This document shows positions 25,080 through 36,162 of a stretch of DNA of 64,000 nt, piece by piece. Below the pieces are notes generated by a model. It was given only the letters and a program-made list of their open reading frames with translations, did not search any database and was not told where the DNA came from. Both the position numbers and the translations under genes were made by a program. Within the stretch, counting starts at the first letter, position 1. Each line of letters starts with the position of its first letter. The DNA comes from Heptranchias perlo. Its lineage: Eukaryota. Where the stretch lies: contig NW_027139436.1 of assembly GCF_035084215.1 (NCBI RefSeq), positions 124,001 through 188,000 of the forward strand, in the 5' to 3' direction.

Positions 25080-25640
25080 GTTTATGTTGAGTTCCCTCAC
25101 TCTGTGTATTCCCACACTGTAACTGTGTTTATGTACAGTTCCCTCACTCTGTGTATTCCCACACTGTAACTGTGTTTATGTACAGTTCCCTCACTCTGTG
25201 TATTCCCACACTGTAACTGTGTTCATGTACAGTTCCCTCACTCTGTGTATTCCCACACTGTAACTGTGTTTATGTACAGTTCCCTCACTCTGTGTATTCC
25301 CACACTGTAACTGTGTTTATGTACAGTTCCCTCACTCTGTGTATTCCCACACTGTAACTGTGTTTATGTACAGTTCCCTCACTCTGTGTATTCCCACACT
25401 GTAACTGTGTTTATCTACAGTTCCCTCACTCTGTGTATTCCCACACTGTAACTGTGTTTATGTACAGTTCCCTCACTCTGTGTATTCCCACACTGTAACT
25501 GTGTTTATCTACAGTTCCCTCACTCTGTGTATTCCCACACTGTAACTGTGTTTATGTACAGTTCCCTCACTCTGTGTATTCCCACACTGTAACTGTGTTC
25601 ATGTCCAGTTCCCTTACTCTGTGTATTCCCACACTGTAAC
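25080..25640 (-). repeat. Inverted 47-bp minisatellite, about 12 copies
   Basis: Reverse complement of the unit at 1-900. Confidence 0.95.
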
Positions 25641-25654
25641 GGCGTTTATTTATT

Positions 25655-26700
25655 TTTTTCATTCATTCATGGGATGTGGGCGTTGCTGGCGAGGCCGGCA
25701 TTTATTGCCCATGCCTAATTGCCCTTGAGAAGGTGGTGATGAGCCGCCTTCTTGAACCGCTACAGTCCATGTGGTGAAGGTTCTCCCACAGTGCTGTTAG
25801 GAAGGGAGTTCCAGGATTTTGACCCAGTGACGATGAAGGAACGGCCGATATATTTCCAAGTCGGGATGGTGTGTGACTTGGAGGGGAACGTGCAGGTGGT
25901 GTTGTTCCCATGTGCCTGCTGCTCTTGTCCTTCTCGGTGGTAGAGGTCGCGGGTTTGGGAGGTGCTGTCGAAGAAGCCTTGGCGAGTTGCTGCAGTGCAT
26001 CCTGTGGATGGTACACACTGCAGCCACAGTGCGCCGGTGGTGAAGGGAGTGAATGTTTAGGGTGGTGGATGGGGTGCCACTCAAGCGGGCTGATTTGTCC
26101 TGGATGGTGTCGAGCTTCTTGAGTGTTGTTGGAGCTGCACTCATCCAGGCAAATGGAGAGTATTCCATCACACTCCTGACTTGTGCCTTGTAGATGGTGG
26201 AAAGGCTTTGGGGAGTCAGGAGGTGAGTCACTCGCTGCAGAATACCCAGCCTCTGACCTGCTCTTGAAGCCACAGTATTTATATGGCTGGTCCAGTTCAG
26301 TTTCTGGTCAATGGTGACCCCCAGGATGTTGATGGTGGGGGATTCGGCGATGGTAATGCCGTTGAATGTCAAGGGGAGGTGGTTAGACTCTCTCTTGTTG
26401 GAGATGGTCATTGCCTGGCACTTGTCTGGCGCGAATGTTATTTGCCACTTGTGAGCCCAAGCCTGGATATTGTCCAGGTCTTGCTGCATGCGGGCTCGGA
26501 CTGCTTCATTATCTGAGGGGTTGCGAATGGAACTGAACACTGTGCATTCATCAGCGAACATCCCCATTTCTGACCTTATCATGGAGCGAAGGTCATTGAT
26601 GAAAGAGCTGAAGATGGTTGGGCCGAGGACACTGCCCTGAGGAACTCCTGCAGCAGTGTCCTGGGGCTGAGATGATTGGCCTCCAACAACTACGACCATT
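25655..26700 (-). mobile_element. 5'-truncated LINE (CR1/L2 group) with RT domain and intact 3' end
   Basis: GVPQGSVLGPTIFSSFINDL...FADECT (YADD variant); 3' end GGGCAATAAATGCCGGCCTCGCCAGC...CATGAATGAATG. Confidence 0.9.
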
Positions 26701-27191
26701 GATAAAGGCTGGACTGAGCACAGTGATGGAGAGAGACACCAACAGAGGGCGATCGATAAAGCTGAGACTGAGTGCAGTGATGGAGAGAGAGAGAGACACC
26801 AACAGAGGGAGATTGATAAAGGTGAGACTGAGTGCAGTGATAGAGAGAGAGACACCAACAGAGGGAGATTGATAAAGGTGAGACTGGGTGCAGTGAGAGA
26901 GAGAGAGAGAGAGAGAGACACCAACAGAGGGAGATTGATGAAGGTGAGACTGGGTACAGTGATGGAGAGAGAGAGAGAGAGAGACACCAACAGAGGGAGA
27001 TTGATAAAGGTGAGACTGAGTACAGTGATAGAGAGAGACACCAACAGAGGGAGATTGATAAAGGTGAGACTGAGCACAGTGATACAGAGAGAGAGAGACA
27101 CCAACAGAGGGAGATTGATAAAGGTGAGACTGAGTACAGTGAGAGAGAGAGAGACACCAACAGAGGGAGATTGATTAAGGTGAGACTGAGT

Positions 27192-27227
<36 letters not shown>

Positions 27228-27258
27228 ACAGAGGGAGATTGATCAAGGTGAGACTGGG
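26700..27258 (+). repeat. Second array of the 60-bp GA-containing minisatellite
   Basis: Same unit as 18470-19392. Confidence 0.9.
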
Positions 27259-27429
27259 TCCGGCCATGTCGATACTCAGTTGGAATCGTGTGTCCAGTTT
27301 TGTTCCCCTCACATGGTTGGTGTTATTGCAGCTTTGGAAAGTGTGCAGACGAGGCCATTGGACCAATTCCATCTTAAAGCAGCTTCGTTATCAAGACAGG
27401 GTAATATTTGTGGAACTGTAGACTTTCGA

Positions 27430-27965
27430 GAAGCCCAGACTCGGGGGTGATCTGATCAAGGTTTATCAGATGATGAAAGGATTGGGTTCCAGTGGACAGT
27501 TTGTTCCAATTAAACAGGTTCGGGAGGACCAGGAGTGACAATTGTCAGTTGTCCGAGGCCTGATCGAGGTCAGATGTCAGGAGGTGGTTCTTTCCCAGAG
27601 AACAGTGGGCCTCTGGGACAGGCTGCCGCCTCGTACGGTGGACCCCGATTCCCAGAATTCCTTCAAGCGAGAGCTCGGCCTGTTCCTGTCTGGGGCGGAG
27701 ATCACCTCGTACAAAAGGTGTGTAATGTGTAGAATTATCAGGGCCAGACCGATCTCCTGGACCAGTTCCGATCGCCAAAGGGGTCGGAGAGGAATTGCCC
27801 AGACTTTTCCCCCCCCAAATTAGCCAGGGTTTTTAACTGGTTTTTCGCCTCTCCCAGGAGATCACATGGTTTTGGGTGGGGTGGGGATTGTACATATTGT
27901 GATACACTAGGGATCACAATTATGTGGGACAGGCTGGATGGACCAAAGGGTCTTTTCCTGTCCCT
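27430..27965 (+). mobile_element. Degenerate CR1-like LINE 3' fragment
   Basis: AGACTCGGGGGTGATCTGATCAAGGTTTAT (RLRGDLI-type segment) and TTCTTTCCCAGAGAACAGTGGGCCTCTGGGAC. Confidence 0.55.
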
Positions 27966-27974
27966 CATTGTTCA

Positions 27975-28435
27975 TATACACGGGACTGGGAATCTCCCCA
28001 ATATCAGGTCCTGGGGTTTATTCCCCAATGACTGTACTGGGGGGATTCCCTCAGACACGGGACTGGGAATCTCCCCAATATCAGGTCCTGGGGTTTATTC
28101 CCCAATGACTGTACTGGGGTGATTCCCTCATACATGGGACTGGGAATCTCTCCAATATCTGGTCCTGGGGTTTATTCCCCAATGACTGTACTGGGAGGAT
28201 TCCCTCATACACGGGACTGGGAATCTCCCCAATATCAGGTCCTGGGGTTTATTCCCCAATGACTGTACTGGGGGGATTCCCTCATACACGGGACTGGGAA
28301 TCTCCCCAATATCAGGTCCTGGGGTTTATTCCCCAATGACTGTACTGGGAGGATTCCCTCATACACGGGACTGGGAATCTCCCCAATATCAGGTCCTGGG
28401 GTTTATTCCCCAATGACTGTACTGGGGTGATTCCC
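27975..28435 (+). repeat. About 77-bp minisatellite x6
   Basis: Unit CATACACGGGACTGGGAATCTCCCCAATATCAGGTCCTGGGGTTTATTCCCCAATGACTGTACTGGGGGATTCCCT. Confidence 0.93.
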
Positions 28436-28641
28436 GATTGGCCTGTTCCTATTGCTGTAGATTGGGTGTAATTCTCTCCAGTGATGCCAGGGAGTTCCTC
28501 ACACGGGGAATGGACTCTCCCAGATAAGTCGTGCAGGCGAAGCCCCTGCTGTGGGGAGGGAACTAAGATGGGCCGAACGACCTCCCCCATCCTTCTCCAT
28601 CCCTTCACACCTCCACTTATCTCATTTCAACTCTGAGCTTT

Positions 28642-28647
28642 TTTATT
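28642..28647 (-). terminator. Poly(A) signal of the IgW membrane-form mRNA
   Basis: AATAAA on the - strand about 350 bp after the TM2 stop. Confidence 0.7.
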
Positions 28648-28993
28648 GAACTGATTTCAAACCAAAACTTTTACACCAGTGGAAAACGTGAAGAAAAGTG
28701 AGAGGCAGTAATTGGAACCACGTTTCTTGTTACAATATTTTCAATCACAAGATCCCGAGAAACGGCCCTCGCCCCCCCCTCCCCTCCCCCCACTTCTCCC
28801 TCTACCCTCTCAACCTTCCCCCGGTCAATTGAAAGGTTTATCTCCCGGAATGAGCAGTTGCAGTGCAGTAGCCGAGCATTCCCCAGTGTGCGATGGGGAG
28901 GCTCCATTCCCAAATATCGGCCGCCTCACGGGGACATTTCTGGACAATTGGCATCTCGGACTGGTCTGAATGTGAGGCACAGGAATCTGCTGG

Positions 28994-29005
28994 TCACTGC
29001 TGGAC
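28994..29005 (-). CDS. IgW: IgW TM2 exon (VQQ-stop; cytoplasmic tail KVQQ)
   Basis: CTGTCTGTATTCCAG|GTC CAG CAG TGA, phase 0 matching the TM1 donor. Confidence 0.8.
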   Translation of the reverse strand, partial: VQQ

Positions 29006-29064
29006 CTGGAATACAGACAGCAGAGTCATTTGCTTGTGTGTGTCAAGGTGTAACAGGTAGTGTC

Positions 29065-29510
29065 ACCCTAAAGGACAGGCGGTCTGTCCTTATTCTAGGA
29101 GATTGACCCGAAAGGACAGGCGGTCTGTCCTTACTCTCGGAGATTGACCCTAAAGGACAGGCGGTCTGTCCTTACTCTCGGAGATTGACCCTAAAGGACA
29201 GGCGGTCTGTCCTTACTCTCGGAGATTGACCCAAAAGGACAGGCGGTCTGTCCTTACTCTCGGAGATTGACCCTAAAGGACAGGCGGTCTGTCCTTACTC
29301 TCGGAGATTGACCCTAAAGGACAGGCGGTCTGTCCTTACTCTCGGAGATTGACCCTAAAGGACAGGCGGTCTGTCCTTATTCTCGGATATTGACCCTAAA
29401 GGACAGGCGGTCTGTCCTTACTCTCGGAGATTGACCCTAAAGGACAGGCGGTCTGTCCTTACTCTCGGAGATTGACCCTAAAGGACAGGCAGTCTGTCCT
29501 TACTCTCGGA
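29065..29510. repeat. 41-bp palindromic minisatellite, about 11 copies, in the TM1-TM2 intron
   Basis: Unit GACCCTAAAGGACAGGCGGTCTGTCCTTACTCTCGGAGATT. Confidence 0.95.
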
Positions 29511-29893
29511 GATGGGGCCGACAGAATAAGCCCTCAGTTGGGCTCAGGCCCATGGGTACAGAGCCCAGTGTTGGTCAGGGTCACGGCTGGTGACCTGAGT
29601 CTATCTGAACCCTCTTTGATTTCCCCGTCCCAGCCCAGAAGCGTTGACCCAAATTCCCATCACCCCCAGTCACCAGCGGTGCTGAATCGAGGCCCTGGGG
29701 ACAGGAGAAAAGGGGAAAGGTTCAAGGTGCCAGAGGTGGTGAAGGGTTCCACACTGCACTGTTAGTCTGGCCCTCGGGTGATGGCTGGAATCTCAGAGTC
29801 ACATCATAAGATGTGGGGAGAAATTGAAGGTCAAACCATGGGCATTATGGGATGTCTGTGCTGCTGCTCATTTGATAGTCAAAGGCTGGTTAC

Positions 29894-30036
29894 CTTGATA
29901 ACGGTGACGAAGGTGCTGTAGAGGAAACTTAGAATGAAGAGGATGGCGAAGGCAGCGACTGTTAACACATTGTCGTCTCCATCCCAATCTCCTGCTTCTT
30001 CCTTCCCTTCCTCTCCTGCCTCGTCTGGAGGGAATT
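29894..30036 (-). CDS. IgW: IgW TM1 exon (acidic spacer and transmembrane helix)
   Basis: TTTCAG acceptor (phase 1), (E)FPPDEAGEEGKEEAGDWDGDDNVLTVAAFAILFILSFLYSTFVTVIK, donor AAG|GTAACC; carries the conserved antigen-receptor TM (CART) pattern LF..S..YST.VT..K. Confidence 0.93.
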
Positions 30037-30164
30037 CTGAAAGGAATGAGAAATTGGGGCTGTTAGAGTTTCCTGTGGATGTTTCATAACCATCGACAAT
30101 ATCTCAATAGTTTGGAGATAACACAGTGAGGGGGGAGTGGCACTGGGAGCAGAGAATCATTAGA

Positions 30165-30519
30165 GAGTCTCCCTCTCTCTCTCTCTCGCTCTCTGTCTCT
30201 CTCGCTCTCTCTGTCTCTTTCTCTACCTCTCTTTCTCTTTCTCACTCTCACTCTGTCTCTCTCTCTCTCTTTCTCTGTCTCTCTCTCTCTCTATCTTTCT
30301 CTCTCTTTTCCTCTCTCTCGCTCTCTCTTTCTCTGTCTCGCTCTATCTCTCTCTCTGTGTTTCAGTGTGTCTCTCTGTATCTCTCTTTGACTCTCTCTCT
30401 CTCTTTGTCTCCCTCTCTCTGTCTCGATCTCTCTGTCTCACTCTTCATCCCTCCCTCTCTCTCTGTCTCTGACTCTCTCTCTTTCTGTCTGCTTCTTTCT
30501 CTGTGTTCCAGTGTGTCTC
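30165..30519. repeat. (CT)n low-complexity tract
   Basis: Direct reading. Confidence 0.9.
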
Positions 30520-30768
30520 NNNNNNNNNNNNNNNNNNNNNNNNNNNNNNNNNNNNNNNNNNNNNNNNNNNNNNNNNNNNNNNNNNNNNNNNNNNNNNNNN
30601 NNNNNNNNNNNNNNNNNNNNNNNNNNNNNNNNNNNNNNNNNNNNNNNNNNNNNNNNNNNNNNNNNNNNNNNNNNNNNNNNNNNNNNNNNNNNNNNNNNNN
30701 NNNNNNNNNNNNNNNNNNNNNNNNNNNNNNNNNNNNNNNNNNNNNNNNNNNNNNNNNNNNNNNNNNNN
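30520..30768. other. Assembly gap (N)
   Basis: Run of N. Confidence 1.
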
Positions 30769-31115
30769 GCGCCTTTCAAGAGCTCAGGACATCCCAAGGT
30801 GCTTTCCAGCCAATGAAGTACTTTCGAAGTGTAGTCACTGTTGTAATGTAGGAAACATGGCAGCCATTTTGTGCACAGCAAGATCCCACAAACAGCAATG
30901 TGATAATGAGCAGATAATCTGTTTTTTGGTTGAGGGATAAATATTGGCCCAGGACACCGGGGAGAACTTCCCTGCTCTTCTTCAAAATAGTGACCGTGGG
31001 ATCTTTTCGGTCCACCTGAGAGGGGCAGACGGGGGCCTCGGTTTAACATCTCATGCGAAAGACGGCACCTCCGACAGTGCGGCACTCCCTCAGTACTGCA
31101 CTGGAGTGTCAGCGG
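30769..31115 (-). mobile_element. Deu-domain tRNA-SINE (SacSINE1-like), partial
   Basis: Reverse complement of the 35130-35600 element body. Confidence 0.8.
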
Positions 31116-31584
31116 AACTTGTAAATCGGAAGGAGTCACCAGGTTCAGCATTGAGCAGCTCCGCTCAATGAGACAATCTCTTGTGATTGGTGATGTGAGG
31201 GAGTGAGGGGCTGAATGGGATGGGAAAGCCTGTGATTCACGGCTCACTGGGATGGAATAAGGGGGAAGTGATCCAGTGAGGGTCAGTGGGCAAATGTGAA
31301 GGGGTCTTCCAGCCTCATTGATCCAGGGCCCTCTGTCATTGTGAGCCCATTAACTCTACTTTCCCACAGGATCGTTTCATTCTCAAGAGTTACGGCCCAG
31401 CTGAGATTTACTTTGGGTGCTGACAGACAGACGTTTAACTGGACCATTGGTCCAGAAAAGTCACCAATGCCCAGACACGCCTCTCCTGTTATTCAGCCTC
31501 ACACATCCACACCTGGTCGAGCAGCACTGGGGTGCCTGAGCACGGGGACCCCTCAAACAGGGACCCCCACCCCACCACCTAACA

Positions 31585-31930
31585 CGGGTGCCAGCTGTGG
31601 CTCAGTGGGTAGCACGCTCGTCTCTGAGTCCGAAGGTTGGGGGTTCCAGTCCCACTCCAAGGACTTGAGTCCATAATCCAGGCCGACACTCCCCGGTGCC
31701 AGTACCGAGGGAGTGCTGCACTGTCGGAGGTGCCGTCTTTGGGGTGAGACGTTAAACAGAGGCCCCTCAGGTGGATGTAAAATATCCCACGGCCACTATT
31801 GGAAGAAGAGCAGGGGAGTTCTCCCCGGTGTCCTGGGCCAATATTTATCCCTCAACCAACATCACTAAAATACAGATGATCTGGTCATTATCACATTGCT
31901 GTTTGTGGGAACTCGCTGGGTGCAAATTGG
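31585..31930 (+). mobile_element. Deu-domain tRNA-SINE, 3'-truncated
   Basis: TGGCTCAGTGG (A box), GGTTCCAGTCCC (B-box-like), GAGGGAGTGCTGCACTGTCGGAGGTGCCGTC body. Confidence 0.8.
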
Positions 31931-32200
31931 GATTGGTGGACCGAGAAAGACCAAGGGCCATCTGGTTCCCCTTCTCCCACCCTGGTCGCCGTGTGATACG
32001 ATGATAATGGAGTTGTTGACTAATCAGAGCAATCGATCTCCATCAATTAGTCTCCAACAGACCCAGACATGAGGTGAGGAAAACCCCCAGTGGTGGAGAG
32101 CTTTGGGGAGCCATTGGTCCAAAGTCACCTGTTCCTCCCGAGCCCTGTTCCACTTCCCGCACCTCATGTCCCCAAATTACTCGGAGACTCTCTCCCCAAA
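31930..32200. repeat. About 270-bp dispersed repeat, near-identical to 43770-44040
   Basis: Same sequence and the same spurious ORF (MRKTPSGGELWGAIGPK...) at both sites. Confidence 0.9.
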
Positions 32201-32247
32201 CAACACCCACAATGAAGACCCGGAAATCCAAACCTTTTCCCATCTCC

Positions 32248-32253
32248 TTTATT
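32248..32253 (-). terminator. Poly(A) signal of the long secretory IgW mRNA
   Basis: AATAAA on the - strand about 340 bp after the CH6/Sec stop. Confidence 0.75.
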
Positions 32254-32588
32254 GATATTGGATTGGTACATTGACATTTTACAACAGGCATTTAACCCTT
32301 CGTGAGGGTCTCACACAGGTTTCAAACTCAGTCAAACGAGGCACAAAAAAGGTTTTCAGGAGGGAGTCCAGACCTTGTGAGATTTGGAGCCAATAATGTT
32401 TGTGTCCTGATTCGATCATTTCGATATTTTTCTCAATTACTGAACAAGGTCTGATTTTGATGACGTTTTAAGTGTTCTGTTACCAAAAGGGAGATTTGAT
32501 AGTGAGCACAAGACCCCCCGGGTGGGGTTAACGGTACATTTACAGGGATTATTTTCGATCTGAAGGTCACTCATTGAATCATTCGATG

Positions 32589-32974
32589 TTAGAAACAGGA
32601 TTTCAAGCTATCGGCTAGAACAAGTGAGATGTTCACCAGGGTGGGTTTGCTGTGAGATTTATTGATGCTTCTGAACAGATTGGTTGTGAGCGACTCGTGT
32701 CCCACCACACAGGAGAAAGTGGTGCTGCTGTTCCACTCCTCTGCGGGGACCGTCAACCGGCTGCCCGCCGAGTTCCAGCCCCTTCCGCTGTCCTCGGTCA
32801 CCGGCTGGTTCACGAAGCCCGACTTCAGAAGGGTGTCGTTGGCCATCCAGGCCACGTAGATCTCTGCGGGGGAGAATCGGGTGACCAGACACACCAGGGT
32901 CGCCGTCTGATCCGTCTCCATCTCGTCCGGTGAAGGGGGGAGGATGTAGACTTGAGGGCGAGTCTGCGCGTCCA
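32589..32974 (-). CDS. IgW: IgW CH6 exon with long secretory tailpiece
   Basis: TTTCCAG acceptor; (V)DAQTRPQVYILPP...TLVCLV...VAW...FSCVVGHESL...SKPTLVNISLVLADSLKSCF-stop; the tailpiece has an NIS sequon and a penultimate Cys. Confidence 0.96.
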
Positions 32975-33284
32975 CTGGAAACAGAGACAACCTTGGTTAG
33001 ACTGAGTCTTTCACCCATCCTGGATTTACCTGAGACGTTCTACTCTTACACAAACCCTGGGCACCTTTTACATCCCCAGAGACCCCCGTCTATCTCGGAA
33101 ACTAAAGGCATTTCTCCGTTTGTTTATTGTTGGGGGGAGGGAGAGGAGGAATCTTCAATCTTGCTGATTTTATAACCTCCAGTGAGGTTAGTGTGTCCCG
33201 TTTAAACATATGGAGCCAGTGAACAACTGGAACTCTGCAGAAAGAGAGTCCGACTGGTTAAGGGGACGGGCTGCTCTTCCAATG

Positions 33285-33660
33285 ATAGATTTAATAGCGG
33301 GGTTCGAAATCATGGGGGGTTTTGAGAGAGTAAATCAGGAGAAACTGTTTCCAGTGACAGGAGGGTCGGGAACCAGAGGACACAGATTGAAGAGAATTGG
33401 TGAAAGAACCAGAGGGGGAGATGAGGAGAATTTTTGACGCAGTGAGTTGTTCCAATCTGGAATTCACTGCCTGAAAGGGCGGTGGGAGGAGATTCAATAA
33501 TAACTTTCAAAAGGGAATTGGATCAATATTTAAAAAGGAGAAAATTTGCAGGGCTCTGGGGAAAGAGCGGGGGAGTGGGATTAATTGGATAGTTCTTTCA
33601 AAGAGCTGGCACAGGCATGATGGGCCGAGTGGCCTCCTTCTGTGCCGTATGATTCTACGA
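33285..33660 (+). mobile_element. CR1-type LINE 3' fragment
   Basis: FEIMGGFERVNQEKLFP...TRGHRLK; tail GATGGGCCGAGTGGCCTCCTTCTGTG. Confidence 0.85.
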
Positions 33661-33694
33661 GAAACACCAGACATAAATCCATTTCCCACCGTCA

Positions 33695-34400
33695 GACGGT
33701 AATAAATCACTCCTCTGTACGAGACAGCTTCCCCCAAGACAGTAATAAATCACTCCTCTGTACTAGACAGCTTCCCCCCAGACAGTAATAAATCACTCCC
33801 CTGTACTAGACAGCTTCCCCCTAGACAGTAATAAATCACTCCCCTGTACTAGACAGCTTCCCCCTGGACAGTAATAAATCACTCCCCTGTACGAGACAGC
33901 TTCCCCCTCGACAGTAATAAATCACTCCCCTGTACTCGACAGCTTCCCTCGAGACAGTAATAAATCACTCCCCTGTATTGGACAGCTTCCCTCGAGACAG
34001 TAATAAATCACTCCCCTGTACTAGACAGTTTCCCCCTCGACAGTAATAAATCACTCCCCTGTACTAGACAGTTTCCCCCTCGACAGTAATAAATCACTCC
34101 CCTGTACTAGACAGCTTCCCTCGAGACAGTAATAAATCACTCCCCTGTACTAGACAGTTTCCCCCTCGACAGTAATAAATCACTCCCCTGTACTAGACAG
34201 CTTCCCCCTGGACAGTAATAAATCACTCCCCTGTACTAGACAGCTTCCCCCCAGACAGTAATAAATCACTCCCCTGTACGAGACAGCTTCCCCCCAGACA
34301 GTAATAAATCACTCCCCTGTACTAGACAGCTTCCCCCTCGACAGTAATAAATCACTCCCCTGTGCTAGACAGCTTCCCCCCAGACGGTAATAAATCCCTT
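33695..34400 (+). repeat. 43-bp minisatellite, about 16 copies, in the CH5-CH6 intron
   Basis: Unit GACAGTAATAAATCACTCCCCTGTACTAGACAGCTTCCCCCTA. Confidence 0.95.
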
Positions 34401-34444
34401 CATTTGCTAAGATCAGACTCACACCGAGCTCTGTCCACACCTAC

Positions 34445-34765
34445 CTTGCATCTTCTTGATCGCCCTCTTCTCCGGCGTTGGCAAACTCTCGTCCTCCACC
34501 AAACACAAATACTCGACCCCACTCTCCCACTCTGCGGCGGGGACCGTCAGTCTGCTGGAGATCCTTTCTTTATCTCCATTCCTCTCGGGCCCCTGAGTCT
34601 TCACCCCATCTTCTCGCTCCTTTCCGTCCACCTGCCAGGTTACCCTCACCCCCTCTAAATCACCGTGAAGCACCTCACAAATAATGGTTGCCGTCCTGTT
34701 CCTCCAGATCTCTTCGAAGGAAGGTTTGCTTAAGGTGACTGAGATGCCGGTGTCCAAACATTGAT
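34445..34765 (-). CDS. IgW: IgW CH5 exon
   Basis: CCCAG|AT...CAAG|GTAGGT; 321 nt, phase 1-1; C1-set Cys/Trp/Cys (IICEV, VTW, YLCLV). Confidence 0.95.
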
Positions 34766-34794
34766 CTGGGAGAAATATTATCATTATTATTTCA

Positions 34795-35650
34795 TGATTC
34801 CCTCATGGGATGTGGGCGTCGCTGGCAAGGCCGCCATGTCTTGCTCATCTCCAGAGATACAACTGAGTGGCTTGCTGGGCCCCTTCAGAGGGCAATTAAG
34901 AGTCGACCACTTTGGTGTGAGACGGGAGTCACGTGTAGGCCAGACAGGGGAAGGACGGCAGGTTTCCTTCCCCAAAGGGACGTTAACGAACCAGTTGGGT
35001 TTTTCCTGGTTCACGCTCACTTTTACTGAGACCAACTTTTCATTTCCAGTTTTCACTTTTCAAACTGATTTCAAATTCTCCAACTGCCCTGGTGGGATTT
35101 GAACTCAGTTCTGTGGATTATTAACTGTAAGTGTCAGCCTTGGCTCAGTGGGTCGGACCCTCGCCTCTGTGGTCAGAAGGTTGTGGGCCCAAGCCCCACT
35201 CCAGAGACTTGAGCCCATAACCCAGGCCGACAATCCCCGGTGCCAGTACTGAGGGAGTGCTGCACTGTCGGAGGTGCCGTCTCTCGGCTGAGACATTAAA
35301 TCCAGGCCCCGTCCGCCCCTCTCAGGTGGATCGAAAAGATCCCATGGCACTATTTCGAAGAAGAGCTGGGGAGTTCTCCCTGGTGTTCTGGGGCCAATAT
35401 TTATCCCTCAACCAACAGCACTAAAACAGATGATCTGGTCATTATCACGTTGCTGTTTGTGGGATCTTGCTGTGCGCAAATTGGCTCCCGCGTTCCCTAC
35501 ATTACAACAGTGACTAAAAGAAAGGACTTCATTGGCTGCAAAGCGCTTTGGGACGTCCTGAGGTTGTGAAAGGCGCTACATAAATGCAAGTGTTTCTTTC
35601 TTTCTTAGCCCAGGCCTCTGGATTACTAGTCCCGTCACATTAACCACTCC
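34795..35650 (-). mobile_element. tRNA-derived SINE (MetaSINE-like) interrupted by a Deu-SINE
   Basis: Body at 34795-35125 and head remnant at about 35605-35650; shares its core with 41500-41760, 49990-50170 and 58540-58850. Family name from recall. Confidence 0.6.
35130..35600 (+). mobile_element. Near full-length Deu-domain tRNA-SINE (SacSINE1-like)
   Basis: tRNA-like head TGGCTCAGTGG, core TTGCTGTTTGTGGGATCTTGCTGTGCGCAAATTGGCT, L2-type tail AAAGGCGCTACATAAATGCAAG. Confidence 0.85.
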
Positions 35651-35754
35651 GTTCCCATATCTATGGCGTCAGTGTTGAACTTGTCTGGCCCGAGTAGAGT
35701 TTATAGCAGTGGGGACAAAGGATGTCAATATTGGAGTCAGGCCCAGGACCTTAC

Positions 35755-36072
35755 CTTGAACGTCCTTCACCTCCTGGCTGGTGGTGGAGTTGGTGGGTGG
35801 ATGAGACACTGTACAGGTGAAGACTGAGCCTTTCTTCCACTCCTCTGTACTCACGGTCAGGTAGTGCCTGGCGCTGAAAGTCCTCGCCTGTTCCAGGGCG
35901 GTGGGTGCAGCGCTGGTGTTGGAGGAGATCGGGGAGCCGTCTTTCTCCCAGGAGACGTGTATGAGGTCCGGGTAGAATCCCGTGATCATACACTCGAGTG
36001 TGGCCGTGTTCTTACTCTTGGTCTCTTGGGCTGGTGGAGGCAGCAGTCTGACCGTGGGACTCTTGGGCTCGA
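35755..36072 (-). CDS. IgW: IgW CH4 exon
   Basis: TTCCAG|TC GAG CCC...; (V)EPKSPTVRLLPPP...TLECMITGFYPD..VSW...FTCTVSHPP...DVQ; G|GTAAGG; 318 nt. Confidence 0.95.
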
Positions 36073-36162
36073 CTGGAACAGACGGGCAAACAAAGAAAGT
36101 GTTAAACTCTTTCCCCTCAAGGTTATCAAAGGCAGGCCTTTAATTTCTGATCTCTTGCCCAC

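Noticed and set aside
29065-29510. CRISPR-like palindromic repeats
   Set aside because: No unique spacers, no cas genes, vertebrate context
31595-31660. tRNA gene (also at about 35140 and 57090)
   Set aside because: Pol III boxes continue into SINE bodies and there is no complete cloverleaf
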